A stretch of 64,000 nt of DNA, from positions 3,616,001-3,680,000 of the forward strand of contig OY761158.1 in assembly GCA_963664405.1 (NCBI GenBank), written 5' to 3'. Below are positions 48,852 through 57,043 of the stretch, one piece after another. This DNA comes from Thermoanaerobaculia bacterium. Its GTDB lineage: Bacteria; Acidobacteriota; Thermoanaerobaculia; Multivoradales; Multivoraceae. The position numbers and the translations under genes were made by a program. Below the pieces are notes generated by a model. The model was not told the origin of the DNA, searched no databases, and worked only from the letters and a program-made list of their open reading frames with translations. How positions within the stretch are numbered: the first letter of the stretch is position 1; the number at the start of each line of letters is the position of its first letter.

Positions 48852-49061
48852 ATGTCTCTAGCCTCGTTCCATATTCTGTTCATCGGCATGAGCGTGCTGC
48901 TTGCGGCGGTGTGCGGTCTGTGGGGAATTCGCGCCTTTGTCGCGGAGGGCAGCGCCAGTGGTCTGGCATTCGGAATTCTGTCGCTGCTCGCCGTACCCGT
49001 ACTCGTGGTCTATGGCGTACGCGTTCGGCGCAAGCTCAAGGAGCTGGGGGCCTTCTCGTGA
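48852..49061 (+). CDS. Small two-TM membrane protein in oxidase cluster
   Basis: Tightly coupled ORF, FHILFI N-terminus, basic tail. Confidence 0.7.
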   Translation: MSLASFHILFIGMSVLLAAVCGLWGIRAFVAEGSASGLAFGILSLLAVPVLVVYGVRVRRKLKELGAFS

Positions 49062-49330
49062 ATGGGACTGCCCGTACTTCGGTGCTGATTGCCGCCGGGC
49101 TCCTTTTTCTGGTGCTCTGGCCGGTCACCACTGAGGCCTGCGCCACCTGCTTCGGCGACCCCAACTCGGCCGAGACCAAAGGGGTCAAAAACGCTGTGCT
49201 CTTCCTGCTTGGCGTGATCGGTCTGGTTCAGGTCGGCTTCGTCAAGATGTTCTGGAACTTTCGCAAACGTGCCAAGTCGCTGGAAGACCGGAGGAAAGAC
49301 TTCCGGATTCTGCGCGGAGGACTCCCCTGA
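49058..49330 (+). CDS. Small membrane protein with CxxC after a signal-like segment
   Basis: GTGA overlap; EACATCFG then TM helix; stop overlaps subunit II ATG. Confidence 0.7.
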   Translation: MNGTARTSVLIAAGLLFLVLWPVTTEACATCFGDPNSAETKGVKNAVLFLLGVIGLVQVGFVKMFWNFRKRAKSLEDRRKDFRILRGGLP

Positions 49331-50067
49331 TGTTGGAATTCTTGAATCTGCCGCCGGACTGGTCGGCCAATGGGTATCGCATCGACGCGCTCATCGGCAT
49401 CATCCATTGGGTCATGCTCATCCTCTTCGTCGGCTGGGGGCTGTACTTCGTCTACGTGCTCTTTCGTTTCCGACAGGGGCGTAACCCCAAGGCGTCGCCA
49501 AGTGGAGCGAAGGGGATGTGGAGTAAGTATGTCGAGGTTGCCATTGTCATCTTCGAGGTGGTGCTTCTGTTCGGTTTCGCATTTCCGATCTGGTCCGAGC
49601 GGGTAGAGGGTTTTCCAGCAGAGGAAGCCTCGACCCGGGTACGTGTGGTTGCCGAGCAATTCGCCTGGAACTTCCACTACCCTGGAGCCGACGGTGAGTG
49701 GGGGCGAACGGATGTGAGTCTCATCGACGCGGCCGTAAATCCGCTCGGCCTCGACCGCGATGATCCCGCGGCCGCCGATGACATCACGACGATCAACAAT
49801 CTGAATCTGCCGGTCGACAAGCCGGTGATTCTGTATCTCCGCAGCAAGGACGTGATCCACGGCTTCAACCTGCCTTATATGCGGGTGAAACAGGACGTCA
49901 TTCCGGGGCAGACCATTCCGATATGGTTCAAGCCGGTCAAGACCGGTGACTCCGAGATCGCTTGCGCGCAGCTCTGCGGTCTCACTCACTATCGGATGAG
50001 AGGTTTCCTACACATCCAGACTCAGGCTGATTACGACGTCTGGCTTGCGGAGCAGGTAGGGTCGTAG
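49330..50067 (+). CDS. ctaC: Cytochrome c oxidase subunit II
   Basis: QFAWNFHY, DVIHGF, CuA motif CAQLCGLTHYRM; no fused cytochrome c. Confidence 0.94.
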   Translation: MLEFLNLPPDWSANGYRIDALIGIIHWVMLILFVGWGLYFVYVLFRFRQGRNPKASPSGAKGMWSKYVEVAIVIFEVVLLFGFAFPIWSERVEGFPAEEASTRVRVVAEQFAWNFHYPGADGEWGRTDVSLIDAAVNPLGLDRDDPAAADDITTINNLNLPVDKPVILYLRSKDVIHGFNLPYMRVKQDVIPGQTIPIWFKPVKTGDSEIACAQLCGLTHYRMRGFLHIQTQADYDVWLAEQVGS

Positions 50068-50111
50068 CTCCTGATTTCCTCTCATTCGGGTGTCCCCTTG
50101 GTCCAGCGGCC

Positions 50112-50525
50112 ATGGACGTTAATCAGCTTCCGGCAGTCAACGCCGCCCTCAACAGCACCAGCTTTGCTCTGCTGCTGACGGGCTATTTTCTGATTCGTCG
50201 TGGCCGCCGGTTGGCGCACCGCCGGTGCATGCTCGCCGCTTTCGCGACCTCGACCTTGTTTCTCGTTTCCTATCTCTTTTACCACTCGCAGGTCGGAAGT
50301 GTGCGCTACCAGGGCACCGGTGGCTGGCGCATTTTCTACTTCACGATCCTCCTCACCCACACGGTTCTTGCGGCAACGGTTCCTTTTCTTGCCGTCGTGA
50401 CCCTGGTCCGGGGGCTTCGGGGGCGCTTCGAGCGCCATGTTCCGATCGCCCGAATAACCCTTCCGATCTGGCTCTACGTTTCGCTTACGGGTGTGATGGT
50501 CTACATAATGCTCTACTGGCGTTAG
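50112..50525 (+). CDS. DUF420 (CtaM/YozB-like) membrane protein
   Basis: LPAVNAALN, H...M, WLYVSLTGV. Confidence 0.88.
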   Translation: MDVNQLPAVNAALNSTSFALLLTGYFLIRRGRRLAHRRCMLAAFATSTLFLVSYLFYHSQVGSVRYQGTGGWRIFYFTILLTHTVLAATVPFLAVVTLVRGLRGRFERHVPIARITLPIWLYVSLTGVMVYIMLYWR

Positions 50526-50527
50526 CC

Positions 50528-50889
50528 TGCGGAACCTACGGAAGTGATGGCTATCACTTCCTCCGGTTCTGATTACACGGCGCCGAGGACGGCGCATCCG
50601 GACTCCGGAAGTGATGGCTATCACTTCCTCCGGTTCTGATTACACGGCGCCGAGGACGGCGCATCCGGACTCCGGAAGTGATGGCTATCACTTCCTCCGG
50701 TTCTGATTACACGGCGCCGAGGACGGCGCATCCGGACTCCGGAAGTGATGGCTATCATTTCCTCCGGTTCTGATTACACGGCGCCGAGGACGGCGCATTC
50801 GGACTCCGGAAGTGATCGCTATCATTTCCTCCGCTAGGCGCGCCCCGGCTTCTGTTTGGCGCCGAGGACGGCGCGTTGCGGAACCTACG
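50528..50889. repeat. Tandem array of 67-bp palindromic (REP/BIME-like) units
   Basis: Unit starts at 50540, 50607, 50674, 50741, 50808; flanked by direct repeat TGCGGAACCTACG. Confidence 0.92.
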
Positions 50890-51054
50890 AGAGGACGGGT
50901 CTCATCTTCGGCTTGCGTCCTCTGGAGGGGACAATTAGGCTTCTGCAGGTTGGGCTGAATCCGTGGGATCGCCAAAAGCCGTAGAATTCCCGGCGGGCGC
51001 TGTTCTCTTGTTCGGTAAACAGCCGATGGCATCGCACTTGCAATCTTCTCGATC

Positions 51055-53604
51055 ATGAATCCCAATAGCTCTGCCCGGCGCCGATACCTGCAGCTGGCCT
51101 CGCCGCTCGTGCTCTCGGTCGTGCTCCTGGCCGCCAGCCCACTCACCGCCGCGGGGCCGGCTACCGCGCGCTGGCCCGAAGAGCAGAGATTCTTTTTTGA
51201 TGATGGTCCCGGATGGCTGCTGTCCGATGATCAGCGCTCAGAGCTGATCGCGATGGATGAGGCCGATCGGCTGCCGTGGATGGACCGCTTCTTGGCCCAG
51301 GATCCTGTCGCCGACACCGAAGAGAACGAGCTGGCCACGGGCATCGGTCGGCGACGTCTCTTGATCTGGCAGGAGGGGCTCGTCACTTTTCTCGACGATC
51401 GTGCCAAGGTCCTTTTTCTCCACGGCGCGCCACTCGAGCGTGAGGTGATCGCTTGCGATCAAACCTTCGTGCCACTCGAGATCTGGCGTTACGGGCCCAA
51501 AGAGACGACCCCTGCGCTGATTCTGTACGAACCTCAGCCCGACTGGCCGTATCGCCTCTGGCTGCCCATGGACTCCAAACGCGTGCTCTACGGTCATGAG
51601 ATGGAGTACTGGCTCGAGCAGGTCGCCGAGCTGATCCAGAACGGGAGAGGGCCCCGTTTCGACAAGAGACTGTGTAAGCAGACCAAGGCTGTGGATTTGG
51701 CGACCGGCATCGAGGGCCTGTTTGGCTTCCGCGACAAGCGACCGACCAATACCCAGATTCTCAGCTGGGTCGAGGCGCCGGCGAGCTTGGCGGACTGGGC
51801 TTCGGAAGCAGTCCGTACTCCGCTCCCGGAGGGCCCCGGCTCTTTGGTCGTGGCAGCCCCAGAGGTGTACTTCCCAAAGAAGGAAGGTCAGCGTATGGTC
51901 GCTCGGATCCTTCTTCGCGTACCGGAGGAATCGGGCCTCGAGGTGCACGAGGACAACGAAAAGACCGAGCTGCGAATCAAGATCGATGGCATCGTCGAGC
52001 GAGAAGGCGAGCTCTTCGAGAACTTTCACATCCGCTTCCAGGTTCCGGTCGAGGACCGGCCTAGAGAGCTCGCTCTGTTGATGGACCGGCTGCTTCGGCC
52101 CGAGGACGAGTTTCTCATCCGTCTTCGTATTCGCGACGAGATCGGCGAGGCCGAGATTCACCGGGCGGTGGGCTTTCGGGTTCCAAGTGAAGCGCAGGCG
52201 GAGGAGGATCTGCCGAGCGACGTTGTCGTCGCCCACGGAGTGGACGTGGAGCCGGAGAGAGTTCCTGGCGTCGACAGTTTGGTGATCATTCCTCCCGAGA
52301 CCGATGTCGTTCTGGGTCTGTGGAGAGTGGAGACTCTGATCTCCGGGGAGAGCATTCAGAAGGTCATCTTCCTGCTCGACGGTAAGCCCCAGATGACTCG
52401 CGGCAAGCCACCGTTTCAGGCTGAGCTACGTCTCGGCAAGTATCCGACCGAGCACGTGGTCAGAGCCGAAGGCTATGACTCCGAAGGTGGGCTTATCGCC
52501 TCCGACGAGGTCGTACTCAACCAGCAGCGGGGCCAACTAGAGGTCGAGATCCTGGAACCGCGAAAGGGCGCTGTGCTCAGCGGCACCGTGAATGCGAGAG
52601 CCTCGGTCGTAGTGCCGGAGGAGGCCAATCTGACCCGAGTCGACTTCTTGGTCAATGATGCGGTCGTCGCGACTCTCGTGAAGCCGCCTTGGCAAGTCGA
52701 GATCGAAGTTCCCGAGCTGGCTCAGCGCGCGGACATCAGTTATCTGACGGTAGCGGCCTATCTCGACGATGGCACGCGCGCCGAGGACGTACGCTTCCTC
52801 AGCGCCCCCGAGTATCTCGAGCGGGTCGAGGTTGACCTGGTAGAGCTCTACACCACCGTCGAGGGAGACCGCTCGTTGTCACTCCAGCGAGAAGCCTTCT
52901 CTATCTTCGAAGACGGCCGCCCTCAGGAGATCGCCAAATTCGAGTTGGTCGAGGACTTGCCCATCACCGTGGGCATTACTATCGATACTTCGGGCTCGAT
53001 GATCGAATCGATCTCCGAGGCCAAGACGGCGGCCGTCGACTTCCTCGAGCGCATCATCACTCCCCGAGATCAGTCCTTCGCTGTGAGCTTCGCGAATCAT
53101 CCTCAGCTGTTGATGCATCGCACCTCCGATGTCGGCGCGGTCGAGACCGCGGTGTCGAGCCTCCACGCGGTTGGCAATACAGCGCTCTACGATGCGGTGG
53201 TCACCAGCCTTTACTATTTTCGTGGGGTTCGCGGCCGACGCGCATTGGTTCTCCTCTCTGACGGAGACGACACCAATAGCAACATTCCGTTCAAGGACTC
53301 CCTCGACTACGCGCGCCGCAGCGGGGTCGCGATCTACGCCATCGGGCTCAAGATCGGTGTTACCTCGATCGGCATCCGAGGCAAACTGAATGATCTGGCC
53401 GATGAGACCGGCGGCCGTGCGTACTTCATCTCCAAGGCTTCTGAGCTTCATAGTGTCTACGGTCAGATCGAGCGAGAGCTCCGTAGTCAGTATCTTCTAG
53501 CCTACTCTTCCGACGCGCCAACCGAGGCCGAGGAGTTCCGCACCGTCGAGGTCAAGGTCAAGGGAAAGCTCAAGGCGCGGACCATCAGTGGCTATTATCC
53601 CTAG
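51055..53604 (+). CDS. Secreted protein with degenerate GWxTD-like domain, Ig-like region and C-terminal VWA domain
   Basis: DP..DTEENE, DDRAKVLFLHG.P, EIWRY; DTSGSM, TALYDA, LLSDGDD, LADETGG. Confidence 0.85.
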   Translation: MNPNSSARRRYLQLASPLVLSVVLLAASPLTAAGPATARWPEEQRFFFDDGPGWLLSDDQRSELIAMDEADRLPWMDRFLAQDPVADTEENELATGIGRRRLLIWQEGLVTFLDDRAKVLFLHGAPLEREVIACDQTFVPLEIWRYGPKETTPALILYEPQPDWPYRLWLPMDSKRVLYGHEMEYWLEQVAELIQNGRGPRFDKRLCKQTKAVDLATGIEGLFGFRDKRPTNTQILSWVEAPASLADWASEAVRTPLPEGPGSLVVAAPEVYFPKKEGQRMVARILLRVPEESGLEVHEDNEKTELRIKIDGIVEREGELFENFHIRFQVPVEDRPRELALLMDRLLRPEDEFLIRLRIRDEIGEAEIHRAVGFRVPSEAQAEEDLPSDVVVAHGVDVEPERVPGVDSLVIIPPETDVVLGLWRVETLISGESIQKVIFLLDGKPQMTRGKPPFQAELRLGKYPTEHVVRAEGYDSEGGLIASDEVVLNQQRGQLEVEILEPRKGAVLSGTVNARASVVVPEEANLTRVDFLVNDAVVATLVKPPWQVEIEVPELAQRADISYLTVAAYLDDGTRAEDVRFLSAPEYLERVEVDLVELYTTVEGDRSLSLQREAFSIFEDGRPQEIAKFELVEDLPITVGITIDTSGSMIESISEAKTAAVDFLERIITPRDQSFAVSFANHPQLLMHRTSDVGAVETAVSSLHAVGNTALYDAVVTSLYYFRGVRGRRALVLLSDGDDTNSNIPFKDSLDYARRSGVAIYAIGLKIGVTSIGIRGKLNDLADETGGRAYFISKASELHSVYGQIERELRSQYLLAYSSDAPTEAEEFRTVEVKVKGKLKARTISGYYP

Positions 53605-54361
53605 CCTCAGAAAACGCGCCTTCGGCCCGTTTTCCGGCCCATCCCCGCCTGAGAACTACTCGCCTGTCCGAATTCTCGGACACGCTCCTAGCCCAAGACT
53701 CCGGCTGATTGGCCCGTTCTGCGGTCCATCTGCTCTGCTTTCGGTCTTGCTCCTACTGAGTGGGCCGTGGGCAAGTGGCGAGGAGTTCCACTTCCGGGGA
53801 CTGGACCGGACCTACAGCCAGTTCGCCGACGAGCTGGCCCCGATCGAGCTGGGAGTGGTCAAAGTGCTTCTGAAGTCTCCGGAGCACTCGATGACCCTCG
53901 AACGCCATCTTGTTCGCCTGGTGCCTGCCGAAGGCGACTCTCATAGGGTGAGCTTGGAGCTCGATCTGCACGGCAGCGGTACCCTCGACGCCCATCTCCA
54001 GGTCGGATCTCTAGCCGGTGATCTCGAGGATGAGCTGGTAGTGCCACCACAGAGCCTCCTGATCGGGGCGAGAGTCGAGATCCATCGCGTGCCCGAGGGG
54101 TTCAGGGTCACTCTCTTGGAAGGCCCCAAAGAGATAGAAGTGCGTATCGAGAGCCGGCTGGCGTCGCGCATCGTTCCTCTTTGCAGGCAGATGGCGCTGG
54201 TCCTCGTCCGCTTCGACTGTGGTGCCCTGGACGAGGCTCTGTCTCGGGTCCTAGTGCCGGTACCTCCGCCGGGGGAGCAGTTTCTGATCCCCCTCGAGGA
54301 GCTCACGGCCGCCGAGGTCTCGCAATTCGAGCACTATCTGCGTCGAGCGGCAGGACTCTAG
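53588..54361 (+). CDS. Hypothetical exported protein with an in-frame repeat element in its N-terminus
   Basis: Long ORF with signal-like hydrophobic stretch; start uncertain. Confidence 0.65.
   Translation: MAIIPSLRKRAFGPFSGPSPPENYSPVRILGHAPSPRLRLIGPFCGPSALLSVLLLLSGPWASGEEFHFRGLDRTYSQFADELAPIELGVVKVLLKSPEHSMTLERHLVRLVPAEGDSHRVSLELDLHGSGTLDAHLQVGSLAGDLEDELVVPPQSLLIGARVEIHRVPEGFRVTLLEGPKEIEVRIESRLASRIVPLCRQMALVLVRFDCGALDEALSRVLVPVPPPGEQFLIPLEELTAAEVSQFEHYLRRAAGL
53601..53691. repeat. CTAG-bounded double-hairpin element (type C), copy 2
   Basis: Near-identical to 12189-12278; CCTAGC at both ends. Confidence 0.85.
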
Positions 54362-54522
54362 ACCAGCGTTTCCAAAGTTCGCGCACATATCTCGGCCCCT
54401 TCTGCCCGCTGGCGGCGTTGCGCCTCCTCGACATATTGCCCAATATGCCTGCGTCTCCGCGCCTGGCCAACGAACAGAATGACCTCGAGCTATGTGCACG
54501 AACTTTGGAAACGCTGGTCTAG
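54358..54522. mobile_element. MITE-like palindromic element type A, copy 2
   Basis: Same 24-bp terminal inverted repeats and core as 31139-31304. Confidence 0.85.
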
Positions 54523-54608
54523 AACTAACCAAAACATAGCGTCACACGGGTCGTTCTCACCGGTGGTATGCTGCCTGCAGGGAGGGTTTTGCCTTGAATG
54601 CACGTCAA

Positions 54609-55142
54609 ATGATGCGCCGCCTCTACTACTTCACCATCGAGGATGAAGGCATGCTAGCCGAGGCCTTTTCGAAGCTCGATGAGAATACTTTCGCCATCAC
54701 CTACAAGGTGCGCGGCACTGAACATGTCTTCGTCACCACCAGCGAGACCAAGGAGGCGATGGATCTTCACGACGTCCCCTACAACCTGCTGGGGGAGGAA
54801 GAAGCTGCTCGTATCGGCATCTACCACACCGGTCAGTCTCGGGAAGAGCTCACTGACTACGAGGACGCGATCAAGGCCCTGACCACGGCCAGTCGAGCCG
54901 TAGCCGTAGCCTGCGTCGGCGTCAACGGGGAGGTCGATATCGGCTTGGACCTGAGCACCGGCCCCGAGCTCTACACCTACTTCGCCGCGCCGGCCGGGCA
55001 CACTTTCTTGTTTCGGATCTTCGATTCGAAGGATGAGGCTCGAGACTTTCTCGACCGTTTCACCGCTGGAGATAAGGAAGCTCTGGAATGGGCCGACTCG
55101 CTGGTCTTGGAGTCTGCGGAGGAGCTTCAGAGCTTTCACTGA
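54609..55142 (+). CDS. Hypothetical acidic cytoplasmic protein
   Basis: Protein-like ORF with genome-typical codon usage; no family recognised; start TTG 54594 or ATG 54609/54612. Confidence 0.75.
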   Translation: MMRRLYYFTIEDEGMLAEAFSKLDENTFAITYKVRGTEHVFVTTSETKEAMDLHDVPYNLLGEEEAARIGIYHTGQSREELTDYEDAIKALTTASRAVAVACVGVNGEVDIGLDLSTGPELYTYFAAPAGHTFLFRIFDSKDEARDFLDRFTAGDKEALEWADSLVLESAEELQSFH

Positions 55143-55168
55143 GTGTTGCGAGGCGGCTCGGAGCCGCA

Positions 55169-56578
55169 TTGACTCTGGACAGAACCCCCTCCTTCCCCCC
55201 CGGCACCTATCGGGTCTCAGAGCTCGCCAACGAGCTCAAGGTCTTCCTGAACGAGGTCTACCCGGCGGTCTGGGTAGTCGGGGAGATTCACCGCATGCGG
55301 ACCAGCGCCGCCGGTCATCTCTACTTCGAGCTGGTGGAAAAGGGTCATCGGGACAACATCATCGGCCGCTTGGACTGCGCTCTCTTTCGCGGCGACCTGG
55401 TTCGCGTTCGCGCCGCACTTCGCCGCAGCGGTCAAGAGCTCCAGGAGGGGCGCGAGGTGCGCTGCCGAGGCGGCATCGATCTCTTTCCTCCCAGCGGTCG
55501 GCTCCAGCTCATCGTTCGCGAGGTCGACGCCGTCTTCTCGCTGGGCCTCTTGGCGCAGCGTCGCAAGCAGATCGTTGAGCGACTCCGGGCATCGGGGCTC
55601 TACGAAGCCAACGGGAATTTGGCAATACCGGATCTACCCCTCCGTGTGGGCCTCGTGACCTCGGGGGGCAGTGCCGCTCACCATGATTTCGTTACCTCGC
55701 TCGAGGCGAGTGGGTTCGGTTTCAAGCTGTCCTTTGCGCACGCGTCGGTGCAGGGGCAGCAAGCCTCGGGCGACGTTGTGCGAGCCCTGCAAGAGCTCGG
55801 CGAGAGACCTCTAGACTGCATCGCCCTGGTTCGAGGCGGTGGTGCGCGCTCCGACCTCGCCGCCTTCGATCATCCCACCGTGGCGGAGGCCATCGCGCGA
55901 TCCCGGGTACCGGTGCTGACGGGTCTCGGCCATGAGACCGACCGGTCGATCGCCGACGAGGTCGCTCACTCGGCCTTCAAGACCCCGACCATGGTTGGCG
56001 AGTTTCTGGTGGCCCGCATGGGAGTCGCGGAAGCCCGGTTGATAGAAGTGCACCGGGGCCTCCTCCACGGAGCGCGGCTTCCGCTACAGCGCGCGGCCCA
56101 CCGACTCGCCTTGGTCGAGGCCAGAGTGCCTCACGCCCGGAATCGGATCGCCTCAGCTGGCTCCCTGGTTGCCGACATCCGGGCGCGGACATCGCGGGCG
56201 GCCTCGATGCAGCTGCGCGACGCGGGCCGACGCGTGAGTGAGCTCTCGTCGAGCCTCGCTGTGGCCGCTCCCTTGCGGGTTCGTGCTGCTCGCCCCCGAG
56301 CCGAAGCGCTGGTTCGTCGCGTTAGCGAGCTGAGCCGAGCGAGGCTGCGCCTGGAGCGAACGAGAGTCGAGACTCTCGATCGATTGGCGTCGGAATTGGC
56401 GCCGCAGAAGACGCTCGATCGTGGTTTCTCCATCACCCGCAGAGAGGACGGAGGGCTCGTTCGCGATGTGAGCGATGTGGATGTTGGCGAGCGATTGACG
56501 ACGCTGCTGGCTAGTGGCGGCATTCACAGTGAAGTGATCGGCGAGGCCGATCCGAGCCGGCCGGGAGGGAAGTCATGA
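55169..56578 (+). CDS. xseA: Exodeoxyribonuclease VII large subunit
   Basis: VWVVGEI, GHLYF, RGGG, GLGHETD, TLDRGFS. Confidence 0.93.
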   Translation: MTLDRTPSFPPGTYRVSELANELKVFLNEVYPAVWVVGEIHRMRTSAAGHLYFELVEKGHRDNIIGRLDCALFRGDLVRVRAALRRSGQELQEGREVRCRGGIDLFPPSGRLQLIVREVDAVFSLGLLAQRRKQIVERLRASGLYEANGNLAIPDLPLRVGLVTSGGSAAHHDFVTSLEASGFGFKLSFAHASVQGQQASGDVVRALQELGERPLDCIALVRGGGARSDLAAFDHPTVAEAIARSRVPVLTGLGHETDRSIADEVAHSAFKTPTMVGEFLVARMGVAEARLIEVHRGLLHGARLPLQRAAHRLALVEARVPHARNRIASAGSLVADIRARTSRAASMQLRDAGRRVSELSSSLAVAAPLRVRAARPRAEALVRRVSELSRARLRLERTRVETLDRLASELAPQKTLDRGFSITRREDGGLVRDVSDVDVGERLTTLLASGGIHSEVIGEADPSRPGGKS

Positions 56579-56829
56579 GTAACGAAGAAGACGATGCAGG
56601 GCATGAGGATGCTTCCTCGGGTGCTGAGGATCTTCCTTTCAGCGCGGCCTTGGCCGAGCTCGAAGCGATCCTCGGTCGGATCGAGGCGGAGGAGGTGGAC
56701 CTCGACCAACTGGCGACCGAGCTTGCCAGAGCCGCGGAGCTCCTCGCAGTCTGCCGCGCAAAGATCCACCGCGCCGAAATGGAAGTCACCCACATCGTCG
56801 ACAAACTCGACGACTCCGGCGCCGACTGA
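56575..56829 (+). CDS. xseB: Exodeoxyribonuclease VII small subunit
   Basis: FSAALAELEAIL..IE, C...I..AE; follows xseA. Confidence 0.9.
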   Translation: MSNEEDDAGHEDASSGAEDLPFSAALAELEAILGRIEAEEVDLDQLATELARAAELLAVCRAKIHRAEMEVTHIVDKLDDSGAD

Positions 56830-56861
56830 GGGGTCTTCCGGCGGTCGTTGTCGCCGGGGCC

Positions 56862-56983
56862 GGCCGCGGGGGGGTCTTGGGGGTCGGGTTGCTTCGCGCG
56901 CTGGATAGAGGGTCTTGGTGAAGCCGCCCTGTGCTAGGAAGATTATGCTGCGCAACCCGACCCCCAAGACCCCTTTTGCGGCC
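56862..56983. repeat. Long inverted repeat (REP/REPIN-like)
   Basis: Perfect 22-bp arms 56871-56892 and 56952-56973, extendable with G-U pairs. Confidence 0.8.
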
Positions 56984-57043
56984 TCCGGCTCTGCCACAAC
57001 GAGCGCCGGAGGCCCATCGTCGGGGCTGATCTGTCCGAGGGCC

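Noticed and set aside
50540-50889. CRISPR array
   Set aside because: The ~67-bp period is CRISPR-like, but the intervening sequences are identical rather than unique spacers, and no cas genes are in the window
50082-51146. Minus-strand ORFs with repeated MIAITSGVRMRRP peptides
   Set aside because: Translation of the tandem repeat; the 67-bp unit is not a multiple of 3
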